A stretch of 64,000 nt of DNA from Nitrososphaerota archaeon (GCA_028867755.1 JAGWFT010000002.1:208018-272017); one strand, 5' to 3'. Positions 9,460-19,532 are shown, numbered from the stretch's first letter. A program made the numbers and translations. The notes: a model not told the origin generated them from the sequence alone.

Positions 9460-10627
9460 TTCTTCTTTGTACCTCTTTTGTTAGTATTATATCTAGAGTT
9501 TCTAAAGTTTTGTTTATGTCAGACTCTGAAATGACAAGAGGAGGCAACAGTCTCAGTATGTTCTTTCCGGAATAGAGAAGAAGCAGGTTGTTTGCAATTC
9601 CGTCAAACAAGATATCTTTTACCTCAAACTTCATCTCAACTCCAATCATCAATCCCTTGCCACGAATCTCGCGAACTATCTTGTGTTTTTCTTTTAGTCT
9701 TTCCAGTCCCTCTCGGAAGAGCTTACCCATCTTGGCTGCGTTTTCGACCAGTCCATCTTCTGTCAGGGCCTGAATCGTAGCAATTCCACCAGCACATGAA
9801 AGCGGGTTACCGCCAAAAGTTGATGACTGTTCTCCCTTTCCAATACATGCAAGAATCTCTGGCTTGACCAGAGTTGCACCCATGGGCACTCCTCCTGCAA
9901 TTCCCTTTGCAAGACACATCATATCTGGTGCTGTATCCCAGTGCTGGCTTGCCCACATTTTGCCAGTCCTTCCAAGACCTGCCTGGATCTCATCGAAGAT
10001 CAAAACTGTTCCGTTCTCATTGCACAACTTTCTTACCTCTTGCAGAAAACCTTCTGGTGCCACATGGATTCCACTCTCTCCTTGAATTGGCTCTAGTATG
10101 ACAAGTGCAGTATCAGGAGTCATTGCAGACTTGAGAGCCTCGATATCACCAAATGGAGTAAAGGAGACATTGCTTAGAAGAGGCTCAAAGGCCTTGCGAT
10201 ATTTTGGATTAAATGTAAGTGAGAGTGAACCAAATGACTTGCCGTGGTAAGAGCCGTTCATTGCAATCATTCCCTTCTTTCCTGTGAACTTACGTGCAAA
10301 TTTTATTGCAGCTTCTACTGCCTCTGTGCCGCTGTTGTTTAGATATACCTGACCAAGACCAGGTAGTGAAATTTTAGCAAGTTTTTCAAGAAACTCTTCT
10401 CGGGTCTTGTTGTAAAGCGAACTGTGGACAGTGATTATTTTGTCAAGCTGTGACTTTAGTGCCTTTACTACACGCGGATTGCAGTGACCAACAAGGGCAA
10501 CACCGTATCCTCCCATGCAATCGATGTACTCTTTTCCGTTAAGGTCCCAGACATGGGCCCCAAGTCCTCGCTCTATTGTTACAGGAAATCTTTGGTAAAT
10601 ATTTCCCATGAATTGGTCTTCTGTCAT
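9452..10627 (-). CDS. argD: [LysW]-aminoadipate/glutamate semialdehyde aminotransferase (ArgD/LysJ)
   Basis: NSGTEAVEAA, EPIQGESG, FDEIQAGLGRTG, AKG; likely ATG at 10627 overlapping the upstream stop. Confidence 0.9.
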   Translation of the reverse strand: MTEDQFMGNIYQRFPVTIERGLGAHVWDLNGKEYIDCMGGYGVALVGHCNPRVVKALKSQLDKIITVHSSLYNKTREEFLEKLAKISLPGLGQVYLNNSGTEAVEAAIKFARKFTGKKGMIAMNGSYHGKSFGSLSLTFNPKYRKAFEPLLSNVSFTPFGDIEALKSAMTPDTALVILEPIQGESGIHVAPEGFLQEVRKLCNENGTVLIFDEIQAGLGRTGKMWASQHWDTAPDMMCLAKGIAGGVPMGATLVKPEILACIGKGEQSSTFGGNPLSCAGGIATIQALTEDGLVENAAKMGKLFREGLERLKEKHKIVREIRGKGLMIGVEMKFEVKDILFDGIANNLLLLYSGKNILRLLPPLVISESDINKTLETLDIILTKEVQRRNV

Positions 10628-11424
10628 TTTGATATCACCGTACAATTGTCGTTAGCTATGGCTCGTGATATTGGGTTTTCCCTCTGGCCGCTTGCAACTA
10701 GTGCCTGTTTTACACCCATCTCGATTGCTTCTGTAGCAGCTAGTATTTTCTTTTCCATGCCAAATCCTATCTTTGGAAGAATTGCCTTGGCCTCGTCAAG
10801 TGATAGTTTTGTCACTAGCTTGTCATCCATCAAAAGGCCGTCCACGTTAGTGAGAAACAAAATCTTGTCTGACTGCATCTTGCCTGCTACATAGGCAGCA
10901 GCTCTGTCACCATCTACATTTAGAAAATCAAATTCTTCACTTGTGGCAATAGGTGAGATTACCGGGACGTATCCTTGGTCTAAGATTACTTTTATGAGGT
11001 CAGTGTTTATCTCGCGTATCTTCCCTGTATATCCGCCGTCAATTGCCATCTTTCTTCCTTTTTCATTGATTACAATTAGTTTCTTTTTTCTCTCTGCCTG
11101 GATTATCTTGCCATCAATACCTGAAAGACCAACTGCATTGATTCCATTTTTCTGTAGCATTCCTACAATCATCTTGTTTATCTTGCCTGACATTACCATG
11201 GTGAAAATTTCTGCAGTCTCCTTGTCAGTGTACCTACTCTTGATGCCGCCAGGTGAAACTATGAATTTTTGTTCTTTTCCAAGAGCTTCTGAGATCCTCG
11301 TTACTTCTTTTCCTCCACCATGTACCAAAATTACTTTTTCTTGCTCTGAGACTTTTTTCAAGTCTGATATGGTAGAAGGATGAAGACCGTCTACAACACT
11401 TCCTCCTATCTTGATTGTGATCAT
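10624..11424 (-). CDS. argB: [LysW]-aminoadipate/glutamate kinase (ArgB/LysZ)
   Basis: IKIGGS, VHGGG, LNVDGDRAA, GGM-like KIGFGMEKK. Confidence 0.9.
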   Translation of the reverse strand: MITIKIGGSVVDGLHPSTISDLKKVSEQEKVILVHGGGKEVTRISEALGKEQKFIVSPGGIKSRYTDKETAEIFTMVMSGKINKMIVGMLQKNGINAVGLSGIDGKIIQAERKKKLIVINEKGRKMAIDGGYTGKIREINTDLIKVILDQGYVPVISPIATSEEFDFLNVDGDRAAAYVAGKMQSDKILFLTNVDGLLMDDKLVTKLSLDEAKAILPKIGFGMEKKILAATEAIEMGVKQALVASGQRENPISRAIANDNCTVISK

Positions 11425-11428
11425 CTTT

Positions 11429-12481
11429 TCACACAGGAGTTAGCGGGGAATATGCAAGGCCGTCCATCTCGTTGAACCCTGACATCACGTTCATGTTTTG
11501 TATGGCTGAGCCTGCTGCACCCTTCATTAGGTTGTCTGATGCTGATAATACCACTAACCTGTTGTTGTCTTCGTCAATATCAAACCCAACATCACAAAAG
11601 TTCGAGCCTACCACGAACTTTGGATCTGGGAACTTGTAGAATCCTTTCTTGTCACGAATTAGTCTGATGAACTTTTCATTTTGATATTGTTCACGATATA
11701 TCTTCCACAAATCCATTTCTGTTACTGGCTGCGTAAGAAATGTGTGGTTTGTGCACAAGATTCCTCTTACAATGTCTACTGCATGTGGACTCATTGATAT
11801 TTTGATCTTCTTTCCAGCTGCCTGGCTTAGCTCTTGCTCTATCTCTCCTGTATGTCTGTGCTTTGCTGGCTTGTATGGTCTGACAACACCTGACCTCATT
11901 GCATGATGGGTCCCTGCCTCAGAGCCTGCTCCAGCTCCTGAAGAGCCTATCTTGGAATCTACAATAATGTGTTCAGTGTCTATGATTCCTTTCTTTACCA
12001 GTGGGTATAGCGCAAGAATTGATGTTACTGCCATGCATCCAGGGCATGATACAAGCTGTGCCTTTTTGATCTCTTCTCTGTGAAGTTCTGGAACTCCAAA
12101 TACTGATTTTGGTAGATAGTCTGGATGTGGATGCTGCCAGCCGTACCACTTGTCATAGTCTGGTGCATTGTGCAATCTATAGTCTGCACTCAAATCAATT
12201 ACTTTCATTCCCCTGTCGTACAACTCTTTTACAATATCTACCGCTGTTCCATGTGGTACAGATGTAAAGACCAAGTCGCACTTGTCTGATAACTTGTCAT
12301 AATTTAGTTCCGAAAAAGTTAGATCAGTAAATCCTTTGAGGCTTGGCTGAATTCTGGAGATATATTCTCCAACATGTTGTCTTGAAGTTACTGCTGCAAT
12401 CTCAACTTTGGGATGGCTGACAAGCAGTCTGAGTATTTCTCCTCCAACATATCCTGATGCCCCGATTACTCCTATTCTCAT
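11429..12481 (-). CDS. argC: [LysW]-acyl-phosphate reductase (ArgC/LysY)
   Basis: GASGYVG, catalytic PGC, DNLMKGAAG. Confidence 0.92.
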   Translation of the reverse strand: MRIGVIGASGYVGGEILRLLVSHPKVEIAAVTSRQHVGEYISRIQPSLKGFTDLTFSELNYDKLSDKCDLVFTSVPHGTAVDIVKELYDRGMKVIDLSADYRLHNAPDYDKWYGWQHPHPDYLPKSVFGVPELHREEIKKAQLVSCPGCMAVTSILALYPLVKKGIIDTEHIIVDSKIGSSGAGAGSEAGTHHAMRSGVVRPYKPAKHRHTGEIEQELSQAAGKKIKISMSPHAVDIVRGILCTNHTFLTQPVTEMDLWKIYREQYQNEKFIRLIRDKKGFYKFPDPKFVVGSNFCDVGFDIDEDNNRLVVLSASDNLMKGAAGSAIQNMNVMSGFNEMDGLAYSPLTPV

Positions 12482-12540
12482 AAGTGATCTCCTAGCATAA
12501 CATAGTATAATTTAAACTCTAAAATTTTCTAAATTTCTTT

Positions 12541-13398
12541 TTATCTAACTGCTGAGCTAACTGCATACTCAATCATCTCTTTTGGAATATTGCGTTTGGC
12601 AACCTTTGCCAATCCCTTAAACTCTACAGTATTGTTGACCTCGTGAACTACAAATCCTCTTTTTTCATCTTCCATGATGTCAATTCCAAGAATTCCTCCT
12701 CCAACTGCTTTTGATGCTTTCATGCAAATATCTTCTAGGTCCTTTGTTATCTCGCATGGCACAGGCTCTCCACCGAGCGCGATATTTGTCTTAAATCCTC
12801 CAGACGAGGTCCTGTACATCGCAGCTATGACTTGGTCTCCTACTGCGATTGCCCGGATGTCTCTTGGAGGCCTCTTTATTGCCTCTTGGAGATAAAATAT
12901 CCTGTCAAGCGGGCCATCGGTTAGCTCCCTTACTTCGATAATTGCGTCTGCTGTCTCTCTGTCCTTTAGTAGTATCACTCCCCTTCCCCAGCTTCCTATG
13001 ATTGGCTTGATAACAAGTGGGTATCCTTGTTTTTCAAGCGTCTCAACTGCCGACTCGGACGAGAACGAAAAATAGGTCTTTGGTGTGGGAACGTTGTGTT
13101 TCTTTAGGAGAAGCGATGTTAACATTTTGTTTCCGCAGTTGTTTGCAACCTCAAACTTGTTGAAGACTGGGATATCGAGAAATTCTAGACATGCTGTAAT
13201 GTGCAGACCACGAAAATAGCTGACACATCTTTCAAGTACCACATCACCAAAATCAAAATCATTTTTCTTGCTTTCAGTACTGATGTTAGTTATCTTTGCA
13301 TCGATCATCTTTGTATCATGTCCAAGCTCTATTGCTTTTTCCTCGAGCATTTTCTCTTCTAGTCTTACTCTATCAAACACGATACGGAGTTTGGGCAT
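12541..13398 (-). CDS. argX: Glutamate--LysW ligase (ArgX), LysX paralog
   Basis: ATP-grasp KPIIGSWGRG, FKTNIALG, HEVN; lies between argG-lysW and argC. Substrate assignment is from context only. Confidence 0.75.
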   Translation of the reverse strand: MPKLRIVFDRVRLEEKMLEEKAIELGHDTKMIDAKITNISTESKKNDFDFGDVVLERCVSYFRGLHITACLEFLDIPVFNKFEVANNCGNKMLTSLLLKKHNVPTPKTYFSFSSESAVETLEKQGYPLVIKPIIGSWGRGVILLKDRETADAIIEVRELTDGPLDRIFYLQEAIKRPPRDIRAIAVGDQVIAAMYRTSSGGFKTNIALGGEPVPCEITKDLEDICMKASKAVGGGILGIDIMEDEKRGFVVHEVNNTVEFKGLAKVAKRNIPKEMIEYAVSSAVR

Positions 13399-13566
13399 TT
13401 ACTCTCCCCAATCTTCGCCGACTTTTTCAGCATGTTTTAGTTCGCATACTGCGCCGTTCTTTGAAGCAATCTCAAAATCTGCCCCGCAATCAGGACAAGA
13501 TATTATCTCTCCAACACTTGCGTCACCTGGAATTTTTAAATTTGCATCACATTCTGGACAATTCAT
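13399..13566 (-). CDS. lysW: LysW amino-group carrier protein, copy 1 (canonical EDWGE); 55 aa, below the ORF-track cutoff
   Basis: Manual translation MNCPECDANLKIPGDASVGEIISCPDCGADFEIASKNGAVCELKHAEKVGEDWGE. Confidence 0.95.
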   Translation of the reverse strand: MNCPECDANLKIPGDASVGEIISCPDCGADFEIASKNGAVCELKHAEKVGEDWGE

Positions 13567-13577
13567 TCTTTAATTTT

Positions 13578-14765
13578 TCACCCCTTTTTTAGTAATTTAT
13601 TAGCTTCTGTTGATTGCAGCCCCCACAATTCTACAAATCCTTTTGCAAGGGTCTGGTCGAAAGTGGAACCTGAACCATATGTTGCTAAGTCATGACTATA
13701 CAATGAATAATCTGATTTTCTTCCAACCACTCTAAGACTTCCTTTGAACATTTTGAGCTTTACAGTTCCGCTAACTCTTTTCTGTGACATATTGATAAAC
13801 ATATCTAAATCTGTTTTCAGAGGATCTTGCCAGAGCCCGGAATATGCGAGCCATGCCCATTCCGAGTCAACCATTGCTTTGAATTTTAATTCGTGTTTTG
13901 TAAGAACCATTTTTTCTAGATCGGTATGTGCCTCAATAAGACAGAGAGCTGCTGGCGTCTCGTATACCTCTCGAGATTTTATTCCAACCACTCTGTCCTC
14001 TATGTGATCTACTATTCCAACACCTGCCGCTCCGGCCTTTTTGTTGACGTATTGGATTAACTCCATTGGTTTTAGATTCCTGCCGTCTACTGCCACCGGT
14101 ATTCCCTGCCTGAACTTTATCTCCAAGTACTGTGGCCTGTCTGGCAAGTTTTTTGTCTTGACCCAGATGAAAGCGTCTTCTGGTGGCTCTGCAAATGCAT
14201 CTTCAAGATCACCTCCCTCTATTGCTCTTCCCCAAAGGTTTTGGTCTATGCTAAACCTCTTTGCTGCAGTATCAATCTGTATTCCATGCTTTTTTGCAAA
14301 TTTTAATTCAATATCGCGAGTAAGGTTGAGGTCCCTGATGGGGGCAATGATTGGCAAAGTAGAGCCTGATCGCATGGTGACATCAAATCGCACCTGATCA
14401 TTTCCTTTTCCAGTACAGCCATGAGCCAATGCCTCCGCGTTCTCTTTTTTTGCAATCTCTACTACCTTTTGAGCAATTAATGGTCTTGCAAGAGCCGTTG
14501 CAAGACAATATTTTTTTTGGTATAGTGCATTTGCCTTGATTGAAGGTATTATGAAATCCTCTACAAACTCGCTTCTTGCATCAACGTTGTAATGCCTTAC
14601 CACTCCAAGTTTTTTTGCCTTGGCTGTAATTTTTTTCAGATCGTCGCCCTGACCAACATCAACTGTAATAGTGACTACATCTAGTCCGTGTTTTTCTTGA
14701 AGATATTTTACGACAACAGATGTGTCAAGTCCGCCAGAGAAAGCTAAAACTGCCTTTCCTTTCAT
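13578..14765 (-). CDS. argG: Argininosuccinate synthase
   Basis: LAFSGGLDTS, HGCTGKGNDQVRF, SIDQNLWGR, YETP. Confidence 0.97.
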   Translation of the reverse strand: MKGKAVLAFSGGLDTSVVVKYLQEKHGLDVVTITVDVGQGDDLKKITAKAKKLGVVRHYNVDARSEFVEDFIIPSIKANALYQKKYCLATALARPLIAQKVVEIAKKENAEALAHGCTGKGNDQVRFDVTMRSGSTLPIIAPIRDLNLTRDIELKFAKKHGIQIDTAAKRFSIDQNLWGRAIEGGDLEDAFAEPPEDAFIWVKTKNLPDRPQYLEIKFRQGIPVAVDGRNLKPMELIQYVNKKAGAAGVGIVDHIEDRVVGIKSREVYETPAALCLIEAHTDLEKMVLTKHELKFKAMVDSEWAWLAYSGLWQDPLKTDLDMFINMSQKRVSGTVKLKMFKGSLRVVGRKSDYSLYSHDLATYGSGSTFDQTLAKGFVELWGLQSTEANKLLKKG

Positions 14766-15007
14766 TGAGGTTTTCTGTGATCAGATTTTAGCATTTATCT
14801 TTTATGGTATGCAATCTGATCCGTTCTGTCCTGTCAAAAAACTTGAAAAATTATTTTTTCATCAATGAGAGAAAGCAACTTAGTCCAAGCTAAAATTCGA
14901 TTACTATTTAACCGCAATATTATAACGCTGTTATATGAAAATTATTCCCCTTTCGGGCATATATTACGATATGTCGTACAGCAACAGTCAAAGAAGAGGG
15001 TAGTCAA

Positions 15008-15784
15008 ATGACAAAACTCCAGGCAAAAAACATTGTAAAACATTTTGATCACAACGGTAACTCAGTTCTTGCACTTGATGGAATAACTCTTGATGTGCAA
15101 GAAGGGGACTTTGTCTGCATTGTGGGACCATCAGGATGTGGCAAGTCTACATTTCTAAATATTGTTGCAGGTCTTGAAAAACCAGACTCTGGAGATGTAT
15201 TGCTTAATGGAAATTCTATCTCCACTCCAGGACCTGACAGGACGATGGTCTTTCAAGAAGGTGCGCTCTTTCCATGGCTCAAGGTTATTGATAACGTAGA
15301 GTTTGGACTCAAGATGGCAGGAATTCCAAAGGATGAACGCAGACAAATATCGCAAAGATATCTTGACATGATGCAACTAACCAAGTTTGCAGACTCGTAT
15401 ACATATCAGCTATCGACTGGAATGAAACAAAGAGTTGCAATAGCAAGAGCACTTGCTATGGATCCGGAAATTTTGTTGATGGATGAACCATTTGCAGCTC
15501 TTGACTCTCAGACAAGAGATCTCTTACTTGTAGAACTGCAACTCATATGGGAGAGGACAAAAAAGACAATCATCTTTGTAACACACAACATCTCTGAATC
15601 TGTCATACTGGGAAACCGCGTAGTAGTTTTCAAAAACAGGCCTTCTAAGATAAAAAAAGAGATAGTTATCGATTATAGAAGACCACGACTAATGGAGGAT
15701 GAGAATCTCCAGAAATATTATCATCAGATTGTAGAAGAGCTCAAGAGCGAAGTGATTGCGCAAATAAAGGATGAGAACCAATGA
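15008..15784 (+). CDS. Nitrate/sulfonate/taurine-type ABC transporter ATPase
   Basis: Walker A GPSGCGKST, LSTGMKQR signature, LLMDEPF, VTH. Confidence 0.93.
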   Translation: MTKLQAKNIVKHFDHNGNSVLALDGITLDVQEGDFVCIVGPSGCGKSTFLNIVAGLEKPDSGDVLLNGNSISTPGPDRTMVFQEGALFPWLKVIDNVEFGLKMAGIPKDERRQISQRYLDMMQLTKFADSYTYQLSTGMKQRVAIARALAMDPEILLMDEPFAALDSQTRDLLLVELQLIWERTKKTIIFVTHNISESVILGNRVVVFKNRPSKIKKEIVIDYRRPRLMEDENLQKYYHQIVEELKSEVIAQIKDENQ

Positions 15785-16581
15785 ACGAGAAAGTAATCTC
15801 TGAGAAAAACTCGCAAGGCCTTCACGACGCAGCAAACGCTGCTTTACTATTGGCAATCTTTGTTGGTGTGTGGCAAGTGGTATTCATGCTTGGAATATGG
15901 CCTCAGATATCCTTGCCATCTCCTGTCATGGTTGCAGAGTCGTTTGTCAAAATAATCTCAAACTTTTCTCTACCCGAAGGAATTGGTATAACGCTGGGAA
16001 GACTTGTGTCCGCATTTGCAATCTCCATAGTTCTTGGGACACTCATAGGACTTGCAATGATCCGATTCAGGGGGTTTGGCAAGACTCTTAATTCATTTTC
16101 TGCAGGTCTGCTATCATTTCCAAGCATCGCGTGGGTTCCGTTTTCAATTCTCTTGATAGGATTCAATGAGTTTGGCATACTGTTTGTAGTAATAATGAGC
16201 TCAATCTTTTCTGTGATGATCTCAACTTATAGCAGCATCAGAAATATTCCGCCGATATACCTTGATGCTGCAAAAAACATGGGTGCAAAAGGATTTGCCC
16301 TGTTCAGATATGTTACGTTGCCTGCAGCAACCCCGTCATTGATAATTGGGTTAAGACAAGGATGGTCATTTGCATGGCATGCAATAATTGGAGCCGAAAT
16401 ACTCATGTCAATTGTAGGCCTAGGACACATACTTTCAGTTGGAAGAGAATTTTTGGATATGGGCGAGGTCATTGCCAGCATGATTACAATATTTGCAATA
16501 GGATTGATAGTTGACAGATTTTTGCTCAACAAGATAGAGGAAAAGATACGAAGAAAGTGGGGACTTGATCACCATCGCTAA
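15781..16581 (+). CDS. Nitrate/sulfonate-type ABC transporter permease
   Basis: Multiple TM helices, EAA-like loop YLDAAKNMGA, AEIL; ATGA overlap with the ATPase gene. Confidence 0.92.
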   Translation: MNEKVISEKNSQGLHDAANAALLLAIFVGVWQVVFMLGIWPQISLPSPVMVAESFVKIISNFSLPEGIGITLGRLVSAFAISIVLGTLIGLAMIRFRGFGKTLNSFSAGLLSFPSIAWVPFSILLIGFNEFGILFVVIMSSIFSVMISTYSSIRNIPPIYLDAAKNMGAKGFALFRYVTLPAATPSLIIGLRQGWSFAWHAIIGAEILMSIVGLGHILSVGREFLDMGEVIASMITIFAIGLIVDRFLLNKIEEKIRRKWGLDHHR

Positions 16582-16605
16582 ATGAAAAGATCTGTGTGAA
16601 CTAAG

Positions 16606-17592
16606 TTGCTAGATGATCTTGTAAAAAATAGAGTAGATGCAAAAAAACCTCGAAAAGAAGGACTGACATATGTAGTTGATAGGCTTGAAAGCTACAACAA
16701 GGAAAACTGGGAGTTGCTTTCATCGTTTGTAGATGTAGTAAAGATAAACGGAGCACTGCCGCTTTTGGCATCAGAACAGAGTCTTATCAAGAAAATAAAA
16801 TTCTACCATGATCTTGGAATTCTTGTCTCGACAGGACATATTAGTACGGAATATTCAATTGCTCAGAACTCATTTGAAAGATACGCCAAAGAAGCTGCAA
16901 AGCTAGAGTTTGATGTGATAGAAATTGGCGAGAACATTGTAGACTTGAGTGCGGAAAGAAAAAAGAAAATTAATGAAACAATATTGTCGCTAGAACTAGA
17001 ATCGCAGTGGAAAGTGGGAAAGCGCGATCCAAGACATCAGCTTACAGTAGAAGATACGTTATCCAAAGTGGAAGAACTGGTAAGTTTAGGTTCAAAAAAA
17101 GTAATAGTAGAGGCAAATCAGGGGTTTGGAGTTGGAATTTACGATGAGAATGGCAACGTGAAATGGGGATCTGTTGCGACTCTTACCAACAAGTATCCTC
17201 CAAACACGTTCATCTTTGAGGCGCCTCTTGAAACACAACAGTTTGCACTGATAGCAGAATTTGGAGAACGTGTTAATCTCTCTGAGGTATACGTAGATTC
17301 CATAATATCGGTAGAATCAGAACGACGTGGAATCCTGTCAAAATCTGCCTTTACTACAGTGAACCTAAGAGAAGAACCAGAGGGTGGACCTGCTGCAAAA
17401 TTTATCTACTATATCATAAAGACAAAGTTTCCAATCGAGCAAAGTGACTTGATGAACTTGAGTTATCTTCCAAGAAGAACTGTACAAAGCGCTATTGAAG
17501 ATCTAAAAAATCAGGGTCTAATAATAGAAAGAACCAGTCTCAACGATGCAAGAAAAAGAGTTTACTATCCTATCAAGTCTGAATGGCTGTAG
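16606..17592 (+). CDS. ComA (phosphosulfolactate synthase)-like TIM barrel fused to a C-terminal winged HTH
   Basis: KPRKEGLT, DVVK, VGKRDP, IFEAP..QQ..LI..FG..VNL; C-terminal PRRTVQSAIEDLKNQGLI...DARKRVY. Confidence 0.85.
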   Translation: MLDDLVKNRVDAKKPRKEGLTYVVDRLESYNKENWELLSSFVDVVKINGALPLLASEQSLIKKIKFYHDLGILVSTGHISTEYSIAQNSFERYAKEAAKLEFDVIEIGENIVDLSAERKKKINETILSLELESQWKVGKRDPRHQLTVEDTLSKVEELVSLGSKKVIVEANQGFGVGIYDENGNVKWGSVATLTNKYPPNTFIFEAPLETQQFALIAEFGERVNLSEVYVDSIISVESERRGILSKSAFTTVNLREEPEGGPAAKFIYYIIKTKFPIEQSDLMNLSYLPRRTVQSAIEDLKNQGLIIERTSLNDARKRVYYPIKSEWL

Positions 17593-17712
17593 AAAAAACA
17601 ATCTGAAGAACAAAAATGACAAATAAAATTAATTGTATAATTTGCACATTATAATCATAATTTGCATATTTGAATTCGGTTATATTAGAACAAATTCAAG
17701 CACGCGTGTAAG

Positions 17713-18783
17713 ATGAACGTAATAGCAAAATTTGGAATTGCAGGTGTAATAATAGCAGTAGTAATTGCCCTAAGTTTTATCTCAATTTCTGGCAATACAC
17801 AAACACATGTAGTATCAGAATCTTCATCTGACACTCTACGCATTGGATATTTCCCAAACATAAGCCATGCACAAGCAGTAATAGGGCTTGGAAATGGTGA
17901 TTATCAAAAGGAACTTGGAAATATTCAAGTAGAAACACAGGTGTTCAATGCAGGACCTGCTGCTATCGAAGCACTCTTTGCAAATAGAATTGATGTTGCA
18001 TATGTAGGACCAAACCCTGCAATTAATGGATATATCAAATCAGACGGTCAAGGACTGCGAGTTATTGCTGGTGCCGCAAGTGGAGGCACAGTTTTTGTTG
18101 TACGAAATGATGATGGCATAAACTCAGTAAATGATTTGGGTGGAAAAAAATTTGCTTCTCCTCAACTTGGAAATACACAAGATGTAGCACTTAGGTCATT
18201 TTTACTCAAAAATGGATACAAAACTTCTGATAATGGTGGAACTGTTCAAGTAATCCCTGCTGCAAATCCTGATATCTTTACTATGATGTTAAAGAAAGAC
18301 ATTGACGGTGCATGGGTTCCAGAACCATGGGGGACTAAACTGGAAAAAGAAGCAAACGGAAAGATTCTAGTTGATGAGAGAGACTTGTGGCCAAATGGCA
18401 AGTTTGCTACTGCTTTGATAGTGGTAAGAACTGACTATTTGCAAAACCATCCTGATATAATCAAGAAATTGTTAGAGGCTCACGTCAATGAGACTAATTG
18501 GATAAACAACAACAAGGATAAAGCAATATCAGTTTTCAACGATCAACTAGAAAAATTGACAGGCAAACAGCTTCCATCAGACGAGCTTGAAGAAGCCTTC
18601 TCAAGAATGGACTTGACGTATGATCCAATGCAAGATTCACTTTACAAATCAGCAGATGCCGCATTTAACTTGGGATTCTTGGGTGATACAAAGCCTGATC
18701 TAAGCAACATATTTGACCTTAATCTTCTCAATCAAGTGTTAGGCGAAAATAACTTACCTGCAATATCTCAAATATCTGGTTAG
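17713..18783 (+). CDS. Aliphatic sulfonate-type ABC substrate-binding protein (SsuA/TauA-like)
   Basis: N-terminal anchor, LRIGYFPNISHA, FNAGPAAIEAL, QLGNTQDVALR, WVPEPW. Confidence 0.9.
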   Translation: MNVIAKFGIAGVIIAVVIALSFISISGNTQTHVVSESSSDTLRIGYFPNISHAQAVIGLGNGDYQKELGNIQVETQVFNAGPAAIEALFANRIDVAYVGPNPAINGYIKSDGQGLRVIAGAASGGTVFVVRNDDGINSVNDLGGKKFASPQLGNTQDVALRSFLLKNGYKTSDNGGTVQVIPAANPDIFTMMLKKDIDGAWVPEPWGTKLEKEANGKILVDERDLWPNGKFATALIVVRTDYLQNHPDIIKKLLEAHVNETNWINNNKDKAISVFNDQLEKLTGKQLPSDELEEAFSRMDLTYDPMQDSLYKSADAAFNLGFLGDTKPDLSNIFDLNLLNQVLGENNLPAISQISG

Positions 18784-19532
18784 AGTTTTTTCAGTACTTC
18801 AAGCGCTCCCCTGAAATCATTTGGAGAACTCAAAAGCACATCGCCTGCAATTCTATGAACTTGTTTTACAAATCCTACCATGTCCTTACTGTATCCCGAC
18901 CAGTCAAGGTTGAGCATCTGTGCAGATTTTTGGTTGAGCTCTGATGCTAACAACACACATGGTATTATCCTAAATCCTTGTGGCTTTAGCTTGTCAACTA
19001 TGTTTGTTACCTGATCAACAGAGCTTATGACCTGTGTGACAAACCCCTTTGGCCGTGCTTCAACTTTTTTGTGGATCTTGTCAAAATTGGGATTTGATGA
19101 AATTGAGAGATAAAGGTCAATTTTTTCTCCAAAGCCCTGCTCGTTGAATTGTTTTACAACTTCGCTTGGAACAAGTCTAGAGTCCTTGGGGCCAGTAGGC
19201 GGCGGGTCGCCTTTGACTACTAGCACCCCATTCAAGTTCAAAAGTATCGCATCACAAATGGTTTGCGTAATTGATGTGTGGTTCCTGTCCCGCACTCGTA
19301 CGCTTGCAGAAATCTTGATCTTGTCATTAGAGTTTTTAATGAAGAAACCCGCAGTTATTGGAGATATTCTTGGGATGCCAAGAACAGAATCTGTAACATG
19401 TATGCCATCGCAGACCTTTCCCACCTCTTCAGATTTTGACTTGAATTTATCAACAGATTCCTGTAATTCACTGTGAGAAAGTATTTTGCCCTGTATTACC
19501 TTTGGAGGGTTTAACTCATAAATTATCGTCAT
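18780..19532 (-). CDS. metF: Methylenetetrahydrofolate reductase-like protein
   Basis: IYELNPPK, HVTDS, RVRDRN, VVKGDPP; divergent from metH. Confidence 0.75.
   Translation of the reverse strand: MTIIYELNPPKVIQGKILSHSELQESVDKFKSKSEEVGKVCDGIHVTDSVLGIPRISPITAGFFIKNSNDKIKISASVRVRDRNHTSITQTICDAILLNLNGVLVVKGDPPPTGPKDSRLVPSEVVKQFNEQGFGEKIDLYLSISSNPNFDKIHKKVEARPKGFVTQVISSVDQVTNIVDKLKPQGFRIIPCVLLASELNQKSAQMLNLDWSGYSKDMVGFVKQVHRIAGDVLLSSPNDFRGALEVLKKL

Noticed and set aside
10628-10645. Longer N-terminus of argD in the track
   Set aside because: The ATG at 10627 overlapping the argB stop fits translational coupling better
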